Of a stretch of 43,626 nt of DNA, positions 1 to 7,421 are shown piece by piece (the stretch's first letter is position 1; each line of letters begins with the position of its first letter). The notes beneath the pieces were generated by a model. It was not told where the DNA came from, did not search any database, and saw only the letters and a program-made list of their open reading frames with translations. A program made the translations under genes and the position numbers. Origin of the DNA: a virus. Where the stretch lies: positions 1 through 43,626 of the IMG/VR virus record IMGVR_UViG_3300050133_000045; one strand, 5' to 3'.

Positions 1-337
1 CTCGCAAATAATCCTGAAACACTCCAACATACATTTCGGGCCGCTTAGTCAAAAATAAATATCTATGTTGCGGGTTCTCACTCATTACGTCAAAGGTTTG
101 CTTAATCCATTCGTCTTTCCAATCCGCAATATCGCTCATACTGTCCATAAAAATAGTCTGTGGTTTTTTGCTGTAGAGAGATTTCAAGCGGTCTGGAAAG
201 AATTGCGGATCCTCAAAGCACGGCACCCACCCGAAGCGTGTGTTCATCTTTTTTGCGTAACAAAATGGGCAACCATAAGTGCAACCGACAACCGGATTTA
301 AGGACGCTGAGCACCAGTCTATCTTTGTTTTATTCAT
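1..337 (-). CDS. DUF5131 / phage Gp37-Gp68 family protein, N-terminal part (gene wraps the contig junction and continues at 43275..43588)
   Basis: ATG at 337..335 follows a GGAGGAGAA RBS. My translation MNKTKIDWCSASLNPVVGCTYGCPFCYAKKMNTRFGW... has the Cys cluster typical of this family. It runs off position 1 in frame as ...KRPEMYVGVFQDYLR, which matches the start of track ORF 43275..43622. 337+314 nt = 651 nt, divisible by 3. Confidence 0.8.
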   Translation of the reverse strand, partial: MNKTKIDWCSASLNPVVGCTYGCPFCYAKKMNTRFGWVPCFEDPQFFPDRLKSLYSKKPQTIFMDSMSDIADWKDEWIKQTFDVMSENPQHRYLFLTKRPEMYVGVFQDYLR

Positions 338-358
338 GTTTTCTCCTCCCGGGCGGGA

Positions 359-667
359 TTAGCCGCCCATAGCGTTTGATTTAAGCCTGTGTTTAATTTC
401 GGAACAAGTGTAAACGTGTGGTACAAGTGCCATTTCAGGCTTTTTAAAAGTCTCTTTTCCGTCATATATTTTACAGTTGAGTAATATTTCATGGCGCTTG
501 ACCGCCGTCAAATGACCTGTGCCACGCTCAATTATTACTGGCTCCATATCACACGGGCACCAACTATTATTCACCTTGACCCACTTCAAGGCATTGCCAC
601 ACAAGGGGCAACAGTCCCAGTCCTCACGCCTCCGGTACAGTTTCCATATCGTCGATTGAGAAAGCAT
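359..667 (-). CDS. small Cys-rich (zinc-finger-like) hypothetical protein, 102 aa
   Basis: Internal ATG at 667 follows a GGGAGGAAG RBS. The sequence MLSQSTIWKLYRRREDWDCCPLCGNALKWVKVNNSWCPCD has clustered Cys. The longer track ORF (359..814) would overlap the exonuclease gene by about 190 nt. Confidence 0.55.
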   Translation of the reverse strand: MLSQSTIWKLYRRREDWDCCPLCGNALKWVKVNNSWCPCDMEPVIIERGTGHLTAVKRHEILLNCKIYDGKETFKKPEMALVPHVYTCSEIKHRLKSNAMGG

Positions 668-1532
668 AATCTTCCTCCCGTGTGTCTTTAAATTCGGGGT
701 CGAGTTTGTAATAAGGAATAATAGACTTAATCTTTTTAGTCGCTCGGCAGTAGTCGCAGAGGCCGCAACGGTGGGGCAAAACCTCGTGATTTTTAATTCT
801 GACAATGCGCACAATATTCTGCTTTATCTGTTCGAGTTCATAATCAAAGCGGGCCCGATGATTTACAAGAAGAATTTCTTTGTCGGGGTAATCCTGCTTT
901 GAAATACAAATAAGGATAAACTTTGCATCAGTCTCAGACCCTGAAAATTGGCGCTCAATCTCGCAATAGATAGCAGCCCTCATAACATAGCCATAAGTCT
1001 CTACAAAGGTCTCGCGGGTCTTTGTAATGGGGTTATACTTCATCTCCTGAATGTTCGCGCATGTCTTGTAATCAACGATAATTCGCTTGTCGGATATGTA
1101 CTTGTCAAGCTTGACTTTCCACGGTATTCCCCAAACTGTTCCAGTCATAAAAATTTCGTTGTCGCCGGGCATGTCGATAAAATTCTTCATTATCTCGTCG
1201 CCCTCAGCAACTTTTATCATCTTGTCGGCCTTTTCGTAAGGCGCATATTTGCCATTGATAACCATGTTACCGAGTTTGTCCTTTTTGGTTTTATAGATTG
1301 CGTCGGCATGTTCTTGGCAGAATTTTTCATGAGCTTCCGGCCCCTCAAAATATGAGTGAAAATAGTTTCCGACTAAAAACGCCTCGCAATCTTCATCCGT
1401 CCAACGCTTGTCTATTTTTGCAAGGGCCTTTGCTTCGCACTCCCGAAAAGCCTGATACTGCGAGCAACTTAAATAAGCCCTGTCCGCATCAGCCGTATAA
1501 TAGTTGTCCTGAGTTAAAACAAACTTGCTCAT
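624..1532 (-). CDS. PD-(D/E)XK exonuclease, Cas4/RecB-like (recombination partner of RecT)
   Basis: 302-aa ORF with a D-x-K type motif (IIVDYKT) and a C-terminal Cys cluster CGLCDYC. The start overlaps the recT stop, suggesting translational coupling, and the gene sits next to recT. Confidence 0.75.
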   Translation of the reverse strand: MSKFVLTQDNYYTADADRAYLSCSQYQAFRECEAKALAKIDKRWTDEDCEAFLVGNYFHSYFEGPEAHEKFCQEHADAIYKTKKDKLGNMVINGKYAPYEKADKMIKVAEGDEIMKNFIDMPGDNEIFMTGTVWGIPWKVKLDKYISDKRIIVDYKTCANIQEMKYNPITKTRETFVETYGYVMRAAIYCEIERQFSGSETDAKFILICISKQDYPDKEILLVNHRARFDYELEQIKQNIVRIVRIKNHEVLPHRCGLCDYCRATKKIKSIIPYYKLDPEFKDTREEDYAFSIDDMETVPEA

Positions 1533-2362
1533 TTCTTATTGCCCAAAAATCCGTTGATTTCATCCAATGCGTCGGTATCTGCACCGGAAGTCACGATAGT
1601 CCCATCAGCGCGGCCAAAAGCAATGTCTACCTTAACAAATCCGTCTTTTATGGCGTTATAGAGATTGCGCAGCTTTACAATATCTTTCGGAGCAAGTTTG
1701 TCCCACTCCTTACCGACCTTTTCAGACAGTTCCTTTTCAGTTATCCATTCTGCAAAGCCTTGGAATGCTTTGAGCATTTTGACTTTATTTGCCTCCATGT
1801 CCTCCGGCTTAGTCTGCTGTTCAAGTGTTTTTTCGCAAGCCTCAACTGCTTCGTCTATGATGTCGCCAGGAATAAGTGCAAGGATTGAGGCTCTTTTGCG
1901 GCGGGCCCCCTGATTAGCGACCATCTCGTAAATATCGCGGGGGTCTGAAAGCCAGTAGCCACCTTTTTTCGTATTGCGGAAATGACTGACCTCAAAGGTT
2001 TTTTCATCTGACGTGTTGCTTTCCAAATCCCATGCAAACGCCTTGACCGTGCTCTTTTCCTTAGTCTGTTCAAGTTCCATCACACCGGAAATGAAATTCC
2101 CCCAATGCCGGGCAATAACTTCTGCAAGCCGGATAGACGGACCCTTGACCTCGCTGTCACCGCGTGGAAAGCTATATGTAGCTTCCTCAGCAAGTTTGAC
2201 GCGCTCACATTCGGCTAAAATCTTTTGGCGGGCGAACGCTTCATCACGTGGAAATTTCTTTGAGATAATAATTTTTGCCTGTACTTCTGAAATGGCCCTG
2301 CTTTCCTCAACCTTGCCGATCTGTGTACTTTCGCCTGAGTTTGCTGTTAATTCGTTGCTCAT
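1529..2362 (-). CDS. recT: RecT-family single-strand annealing protein
   Basis: 277-aa ORF with a GGGAGA RBS. The N-terminal region ...AISEVQAKIIISKKFPRDE...ECERVKLAEEATYSFPRGDSEVKGPSIRLAEVIARHWGN... matches the RecT family pattern as I recall it. Confidence 0.85.
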   Translation of the reverse strand: MSNELTANSGESTQIGKVEESRAISEVQAKIIISKKFPRDEAFARQKILAECERVKLAEEATYSFPRGDSEVKGPSIRLAEVIARHWGNFISGVMELEQTKEKSTVKAFAWDLESNTSDEKTFEVSHFRNTKKGGYWLSDPRDIYEMVANQGARRKRASILALIPGDIIDEAVEACEKTLEQQTKPEDMEANKVKMLKAFQGFAEWITEKELSEKVGKEWDKLAPKDIVKLRNLYNAIKDGFVKVDIAFGRADGTIVTSGADTDALDEINGFLGNKK

Positions 2363-2374
2363 AATTTTTCTCCC

Positions 2375-2629
2375 TTAATTTAATTTTTTTAAATCTTCGC
2401 GGTAGAATAAATGTATTTGGCTGCCGTGACTTACCCTTATATATTGACGATCAAATCCTATTACATATCCAAATTTATCAACATGGTCAGCATACGGCCA
2501 CTCACTCATAAACGGATTAGTGATTTCCACCTTATCGCCTATGTAAAATCCGTATAGGCATTTAGGCTCTTTGGGCATCTTGCTTTCGTAGGTGGATTGC
2601 GCACGGTCAAAGCCCACAACGTCAGACAT
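2375..2629 (-). CDS. hypothetical protein, 84 aa
   Basis: ATG at 2629 overlaps the stop of the upstream gene by 8 nt. The longer 147-aa track version would overlap that gene by about 200 nt. Confidence 0.5.
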   Translation of the reverse strand: MSDVVGFDRAQSTYESKMPKEPKCLYGFYIGDKVEITNPFMSEWPYADHVDKFGYVIGFDRQYIRVSHGSQIHLFYREDLKKLN

Positions 2630-2924
2630 TTTCAACCGCCTTGTCTTTCCATTCAGCGTAGAGGGATTCGAGATAGGCAATGCACTCATCGCAGACTTTT
2701 TCTGAGTCATCGTCACTATAATTAATGCAATAGTTCTGATCGGTGGGCGCATAAGGTTTCCACCCCTGCGCATAAACCCTAATTCCAACGGTTGATATAT
2801 GCCCATTTTGCTCAACAAAGATAGTGGGTTTATCGCCCGTATAATCCCGCTGTGTTTTTGTCGGATTTAAGAGCAAAGCCAACTCCATAATCCTCAAAAT
2901 CTTTTTCCTTATAGCATCAGTCAT
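2622..2924 (-). CDS. hypothetical protein, 100 aa
   Basis: ORF with an AAAGGGGAAG RBS and non-repetitive composition, inside the co-oriented early operon. Confidence 0.6.
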   Translation of the reverse strand: MTDAIRKKILRIMELALLLNPTKTQRDYTGDKPTIFVEQNGHISTVGIRVYAQGWKPYAPTDQNYCINYSDDDSEKVCDECIAYLESLYAEWKDKAVENV

Positions 2925-3106
2925 TTTGCTTCCCCTTTACATTTTTAATTTTTAGGCTTAAAATATAAACAGATATTTTCTTATGCGCCGTATGAGCCTT
3001 TGCAGGACTTGTGCGGCTTTGCTTTTGGGGTTTTGGATTATGTAGCCGCTAAAAGATAGCGCTGTAAATGGCACTCCAAACATTAGCAGGATGCGGACGA
3101 CTGCGG

Positions 3107-3430
3107 TTAGCATGGCTTACACTCCAATTCCCCCAGTGCCGCCCCAATCTCTATCTCACGCTTTATGTAGCCGCTTAATGCGTCCGACCCTTGAAAGCCC
3201 ATCGCTTCACCCATACGCCGATTAACCTGAACCTTATTGAGTTGCTCTTTCAGTTCACGGATTATTACTTGAACCGATCGCCCTGATATGTAACGGCTAT
3301 TATCAGAGGTTAAGTGTGGGTATTTTGCAGGGTCGTCAGGTTCAAACTTTTCCTCAAAATCATTGTCGTCGGGCTCTTCGGACTGCGCGGTGAAAGTTTT
3401 GTTGAAGCGCCCACCTATTTTTTCAAACAT
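3107..3430 (-). CDS. hypothetical protein, 107 aa (acidic N-terminus)
   Basis: The ORF start overlaps the stop of the YopX-like gene (TAATG). Confidence 0.6.
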   Translation of the reverse strand: MFEKIGGRFNKTFTAQSEEPDDNDFEEKFEPDDPAKYPHLTSDNSRYISGRSVQVIIRELKEQLNKVQVNRRMGEAMGFQGSDALSGYIKREIEIGAALGELECKPC

Positions 3431-3858
3431 TACTGCACCTCCTTTAAAAGTTCGGGGTTATCGTGAATATTTCCGATCAACTTAGCTCTAAATTCCCATT
3501 CAGATGCCGGAATCCCATTGCTTGATCGCGGGCCCTTATAAGATATCCAATCAGTATCCCAACACCCGCAAGGCCCATTCCACTTAACCTTTACTATTCT
3601 GTCGCCAGCGTCTAATATATCCCCCTCATAAATCTCCTTGCCGTTCTTGTCGAGCAGGCCTATAAACTCTCCGACAGTGGAGGGGTCAACTTCAATCAAT
3701 ACATCGTTTAAAAGTGTTGTGCTTCCAAAATGCGATAAATCACAGATAAACGTCCTACCGGTGCTAAGTTCTCTTACTAAATCTCCGAACGCCCAATCAA
3801 ATTCCTCAATTCCTGTATTACTATCCTTGATTTTACCTCTGGACTTGATCTCTTTCAT
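3430..3858 (-). CDS. YopX-family phage protein
   Basis: ATG at 3858 follows a GAGAGGAGGAAG RBS. The sequence ...VGEFIGLLDKNGKEIYEGDIL...GNIHDNPELL matches the YopX domain end as I recall it. Confidence 0.7.
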   Translation of the reverse strand: MKEIKSRGKIKDSNTGIEEFDWAFGDLVRELSTGRTFICDLSHFGSTTLLNDVLIEVDPSTVGEFIGLLDKNGKEIYEGDILDAGDRIVKVKWNGPCGCWDTDWISYKGPRSSNGIPASEWEFRAKLIGNIHDNPELLKEVQ

Positions 3859-4058
3859 ACTTCCTCCTCTCTCGCCGCCGACATCCCGCCACAAACCACA
3901 AGATGAAAATTTCTTGTGCGTCTGCGCTCACGTTTTGTTTCAGCGTTGGATTTCATGGCTGCCTGAAACTCTGGCGAACGGCTTGCCTTGACTTCTCCAG
4001 CATGTTTGCCTTTTGACCCCGACCATAGACTATTGATAAAATCAAACCAGTTAAACAT
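3855..4058 (-). CDS. hypothetical small basic protein
   Basis: ORF with ATG at 4058 (or GTG at 4067) and a weak GAAAGG RBS. Its stop overlaps the next start (ATGA). The composition is only marginally protein-like. Confidence 0.3.
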   Translation of the reverse strand: MFNWFDFINSLWSGSKGKHAGEVKASRSPEFQAAMKSNAETKRERRRTRNFHLVVCGGMSAAREEEV

Positions 4059-4093
4059 TTTAATCACGGCCTTTCAATAATTTACTGCTTGTC

Positions 4094-4297
4094 CTATACC
4101 ATCCTGACCGGTAATAAATCCTGTGCTGACATGTATGCCTCAAAGCGGGTGCGGATGATAACATACCTGTATCTGTTCTTGCACGGTATTGCCTCTCCAA
4201 ATGGGTATAACCGTTCTTTCAAGGCCATTTGCAGGGTCTGAAAGTCAATCCCCATCTGTTCGGCCGCGTCCTTTACATTAATGAGCGGATCCATCAC
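4094..4297 (-). CDS. small helix-turn-helix DNA-binding protein (Xis/MerR-like)
   Basis: 67 aa. INVKDAAEQMGIDFQTLQMALKE looks like an HTH. The start overlaps the antirepressor stop. Confidence 0.5.
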   Translation of the reverse strand: MMDPLINVKDAAEQMGIDFQTLQMALKERLYPFGEAIPCKNRYRYVIIRTRFEAYMSAQDLLPVRMV

Positions 4298-5022
4298 ATC
4301 GCCTGCAAACTTTCGCCCAAAAATTTATTGATAAGATATTGCTGACCTTTACCGGTCACTTTTGTTGTTTTGCTGATTGTTGTGAAACCGCTCGAATGAT
4401 TTATAATGATTTCTTTTATTTCAAAAAGTTTCAATTCCATTGCTCTTTGCGTCGGGGCGTTATGATCTGTGCCAAAGCGTGAAATAAGATAACCGTTTGA
4501 CCGCAACCACTCGAATAAACGCTTTTCCCCGATTTCAACGCCGTTTTGCCGAATGATTTTTGCGAGTTCTCCGATTAAAATTGATGTTTTGGAAGTAGAC
4601 ACCGAATCAGCAAATAAAACTTTGGGCTTGTCCTGCTCGATTATGCTTGAAAGATGGTGAATTTTTTGGTCGGCCATTTGTAGAGCTCTTGCCATTAATG
4701 CCTCAGGACTGTTCCACTGTTTTTCAAGGTCGATAAAAAATTTACGGGCGATACTTCCCTTTTCGGATTTTTGAAGCATTGCCAATTCCTTTGCCATGTC
4801 AACGGTAATTTCGTAATCCTGCGCGTCGTGTGATGCTCCGGCAGATGTTAGGATTTTTGTACTAAGTTCTCGGTAATCCTCGTCTGCCATAAATCCATAA
4901 TCCTTGTATTTGTCAAACCATTTTGTGAATTGATCGTATGGCCTTTCAAGGTATTCCCACAATTCGCGAGCCGACGCAGTTGGCCTTTCGTTGTCATAAT
5001 TTACTTTGATTAAACTTTCCAT
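4294..5022 (-). CDS. phage antirepressor (AntA/ANT-type N-terminal domain plus KilA-C-type C-terminal domain)
   Basis: 242 aa. The N-terminus ...ASARELWEYLE...FTKWF... and the C-terminus ...LIGELAKIIRQNGVEIGEKRLFEWLRSNGYL... match the antirepressor family pattern as I recall it. Confidence 0.8.
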   Translation of the reverse strand: MESLIKVNYDNERPTASARELWEYLERPYDQFTKWFDKYKDYGFMADEDYRELSTKILTSAGASHDAQDYEITVDMAKELAMLQKSEKGSIARKFFIDLEKQWNSPEALMARALQMADQKIHHLSSIIEQDKPKVLFADSVSTSKTSILIGELAKIIRQNGVEIGEKRLFEWLRSNGYLISRFGTDHNAPTQRAMELKLFEIKEIIINHSSGFTTISKTTKVTGKGQQYLINKFLGESLQAM

Positions 5023-5075
5023 TGCTTTTTTCTTCTTTCCGTGCTATAGTTAGCACATAAACTTTCCATTGACTT

Positions 5076-5099
5076 GCACCGTTAGCGCGGTGCTTTTTT
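5076..5099 (+). terminator. intrinsic terminator-like hairpin in the antirepressor leader region
   Basis: GCACCG-ttagcg-CGGTGC is followed by TTTTTT on the plus strand. Confidence 0.5.
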
Positions 5100-5153
5100 C
5101 TTGTCTTTTCCGCCCATTAGTTGTAATATAGTGGCGAAAGGAGGTGAGCATAT

Positions 5154-5390
5154 ATGGGCGAAGAATTATTTAATGTAGCAGAAATTTATGAAAGTTCCGA
5201 TTATGCCGAAATTAATGAATACCTAAAATCAGGGTGGGTTCTCATAGCATCAAATCAAGCCACGGACTCCGAAAGTAGCTGTACCTTATATACGGTAGGT
5301 TGGAAAACCACTTTTGAAAACATGGAATCTGAAATCAAGCACCCAAAATATCAAGCAAAAACCGGGTGGGAAGACATGCCACGGCTTTAG
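5154..5390 (+). CDS. hypothetical protein, 78 aa, antisense-embedded in the early-left operon
   Basis: Strong RBS AAAGGAGGTGA. Its own promoter-like TTGTCT(5101)-17-TAATAT(5124) lies upstream. Confidence 0.6.
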   Translation: MGEELFNVAEIYESSDYAEINEYLKSGWVLIASNQATDSESSCTLYTVGWKTTFENMESEIKHPKYQAKTGWEDMPRL

Positions 5391-5557
5391 TCCACTCTTC
5401 CTAAAGAAAACAGAATCTCGCTACTGTTTGGCTGGGGAGTAATCCCTATGCAAATCCAACCGCCATTTAAAATTAAATTTGAAGCTTCGTTTGCATCTTT
5501 TGTTTCACGCACTTCCTTTACGAGAGGGAGTGCGTTGTTTTGTAACTTTGCATTCAT
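5387..5557 (-). CDS. hypothetical protein, 56 aa (below the ORF-track cutoff)
   Basis: ATG at 5557 follows an AGGAAAGGAGG RBS. Translation: MNAKLQNNALPLVKEVRETKDANEASNLILNGGWICIGITPQPNSSEILFSLGRVD. It shares a D..E....L..GW..I....SS..L...G pattern with the convergent 78-aa ORF. Confidence 0.45.
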   Translation of the reverse strand: MNAKLQNNALPLVKEVRETKDANEASNLILNGGWICIGITPQPNSSEILFSLGRVD

Positions 5558-5644
5558 CTTTTTCGCCTCCTTTCCTAATTGCTGCTATGTATGGTTAGAC
5601 GCTGGTGGATGCGGAACCTCCATCTAAGTCACGTATCAAGTGAC

Positions 5645-5842
5645 TTATTTAGCAAAAAAAATTGCCATTGGGTCGCTAATTGCAAGTATCTCAATTAGCT
5701 TTTCAATCTCATTGGATCCGAGAACTCCTCGCTTAAGCTTAAGGCTCAATGTTTTTGGCGTAATCCCTAAGGCTTCTGCGATTTTTTCTTGTGTGTAACC
5801 CTTGGCTATAATTTTGCCTTTAAGTTCATTTACAGCTATCAC
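5645..5842 (-). CDS. Cro-like XRE-family HTH regulator
   Basis: 65 aa with a GTG start at 5842 after a GGAGGTGA RBS. HTH: YTQEKIAEALGITPKTLSLKL. It is divergent from the CI-like gene. Confidence 0.8.
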   Translation of the reverse strand: MIAVNELKGKIIAKGYTQEKIAEALGITPKTLSLKLKRGVLGSNEIEKLIEILAISDPMAIFFAK

Positions 5843-5992
5843 TTTATCACCTCCGTGTCACCTGTTATGTAACATACTATCACCGAATATATCACCTGTC
5901 AAGTGATTATTTCTATTTTATGAGAAATAATTGTTGCATATTAAGTAATATATGTTATAATAAAAATATTAAAATTTAAGAGGTGTAATGAA
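5843..5992. promoter_or_regulatory. lysis-lysogeny switch: back-to-back divergent promoters with operator-like repeats
   Basis: Minus-strand promoter TTGACA (5902..5897)-17-TAGTAT (5879..5874). Plus-strand promoter TTGCAT (5934..5939)-16-TGtTATAAT (5956..5961). Palindrome ATCAC-ctgtcaa-GTGAT at 5891..5907 covers the minus -35. There are four TCACC half-sites (starting about 5847, 5858, 5881, 5892). Confidence 0.7.
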
Positions 5993-6358
5993 ATGACGCT
6001 TAGACAAAATATTTACGCTAAAAGAAAAGCGTTAAATATGACATTAGAAGAAGTGGCACAAAAAATAGACACAAGCAAACAAACCATCCAAAGATACGAA
6101 AGCGGAGCTATCGGAAATATCCCATCAGATAAAATTGAAAAATTAGCAAAAGTATTTGAATGCTCTCCATCTGATCTCATGGGTTGGGATAACGGTTTAG
6201 ACACAAAAAAACAGCCCCAAGAAAATCTCGAAGCTGATGAAAAAGAACTTATTGGATGTTATAAATTATGTAGTAGCGAAGATAGAGAAGAGCTATTAAT
6301 GCTTGCAAGGTATAAGGCTATAAAAAACACGACCGCGGCGGGAGAAATGGAGGCATAA
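5993..6358 (+). CDS. CI-like XRE-family HTH repressor
   Basis: 121 aa. HTH: MTLEEVAQKIDTSKQTIQRYESG. It is the first gene of the plus-strand lysogeny operon that ends with the integrase. Confidence 0.8.
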   Translation: MTLRQNIYAKRKALNMTLEEVAQKIDTSKQTIQRYESGAIGNIPSDKIEKLAKVFECSPSDLMGWDNGLDTKKQPQENLEADEKELIGCYKLCSSEDREELLMLARYKAIKNTTAAGEMEA

Positions 6359-6419
6359 TTATAGATTTATTTGCGTATTTCCGAAAGGGTAATATATAGA
6401 AGGAAGTGTAAAAACAATT

Positions 6420-6857
6420 ATGTTGTTAATTGAAATTGGATTTGCAATTTTAGGGTTTATTGTTGGCATGGCGGGTATTTCTCAAAACCTATATATTTTA
6501 TTCTATGGGAAACCTTTAACGCTTGAATTATCTCAATATAATTTAATTAACAGTAGTGATATTTTAAAAGGTTATAGAAAAACGCTTATTGTCTGGATTA
6601 CTATATTTTTAATGGCTACATTATGCCTGTATATTTTCGGTGGCTTATATGAAAAAATTGGATATTCAGTAGGGTTATTTATGGTACTGTGTAATGGAAT
6701 TCATGGATGTACACGAAGTCAAGTACATTTGAAATCCTTTTTGGTGGCGAGAAATATTTGCCTGAAACAAGATATTGATGATACTGCAAAAGAATTAATC
6801 TTACATAATAGTTCTTTTGCTAAGAATGTTTTATTAAATAATGATCGCCTCATATGA
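6420..6857 (+). CDS. integral membrane protein (about 3 TM), unknown function
   Basis: 145 aa with three hydrophobic segments, located between repressor and integrase. Confidence 0.6.
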   Translation: MLLIEIGFAILGFIVGMAGISQNLYILFYGKPLTLELSQYNLINSSDILKGYRKTLIVWITIFLMATLCLYIFGGLYEKIGYSVGLFMVLCNGIHGCTRSQVHLKSFLVARNICLKQDIDDTAKELILHNSSFAKNVLLNNDRLI

Positions 6858-7114
6858 AAAAAACATTATCAGTATTTCTAATCTGTTGCGTTATTTTTAT
6901 TGGTACTTCCTGCGGCACAAAACACATTACGGCCACAACTATCGTCTATTGGGTACCGAACGGTACGGTATACCATATTGATAAAGACTGCTCCACATTA
7001 AGCAGGTCAAGAACTATATTAAGCGGCACGCCCTCACAAGCCAAAACAAAAGGCAAAAGCCGATTGTGCGAAGTGTGCGGCAATGGGGATATAGACGATA
7101 CAAATAAAGGGTGA
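6854..7114 (+). CDS. small lipoprotein with a C-terminal C..L...CxxC motif
   Basis: Signal peptide plus lipobox (FIGTSC). The start overlaps the upstream stop (ATGA). C-terminal sequence: VYHIDKDCSTLSRS...GKSRLCEVCG. Confidence 0.65.
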   Translation: MKKTLSVFLICCVIFIGTSCGTKHITATTIVYWVPNGTVYHIDKDCSTLSRSRTILSGTPSQAKTKGKSRLCEVCGNGDIDDTNKG

Positions 7115-7119
7115 TATAA

Positions 7120-7407
7120 ATGTTAAAAGAGCAGAAAATGTTAAAAAGAATTAAAGCGTTAATTGAATTAAAGGAAACCGGCATTATAGATGAAACTGAA
7201 TTTGAAAAGAGAAAAAGAGATATACTAGATGAAAAATCATCTTGGGAAAAGTTTTGGGCAGACGGCGGTGAACTGGAAGAAATTTTTGGTAGAGACGAAA
7301 AAACAACTGACAAGAAAGATGATACATCTCTTATAATTGGCGTTGTTATTATCTCTGTTTTTTGTTTGCTTATTATTTTTGCAATACTATTTAATACTGT
7401 AAAATAA
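7120..7407 (+). CDS. SHOCT-like motif protein with a C-terminal TM anchor
   Basis: RIKALIELKETGIIDETEFEKRKRDIL resembles the SHOCT motif. C-terminal hydrophobic segment: LIIGVVIISVFCLLIIFAILF. RBS AAGGGTGA. Confidence 0.55.
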   Translation: MLKEQKMLKRIKALIELKETGIIDETEFEKRKRDILDEKSSWEKFWADGGELEEIFGRDEKTTDKKDDTSLIIGVVIISVFCLLIIFAILFNTVK

Positions 7408-7421
7408 AAGGTCGTGATACC

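Noticed and set aside
1-38. Treating the 38-bp end duplication as a biological direct terminal repeat or cos site
   Set aside because: It lies inside an ORF that is restored in frame by circularisation. The terminase is of the PBSX/headful type. An assembly overlap is the simpler explanation.
948-1888. Plus-strand track ORFs 948..1355 and 1298..1888 (and similar ones at 1665..1913 and 2013..2378)
   Set aside because: They lie fully antisense to the well-supported exonuclease and recT genes. They have no RBS and a low-complexity Leu/Ser/Phe-rich composition typical of shadow ORFs.
2925-3106. 182-bp gap with a 42-aa minus-strand ORF (MFGVPFTALSFSGYIIQNPKSK...) and a hairpin
   Set aside because: There is no RBS in front of the ATG and no T-tract after the hairpin. 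The evidence is insufficient for either a CDS or an ncRNA call.
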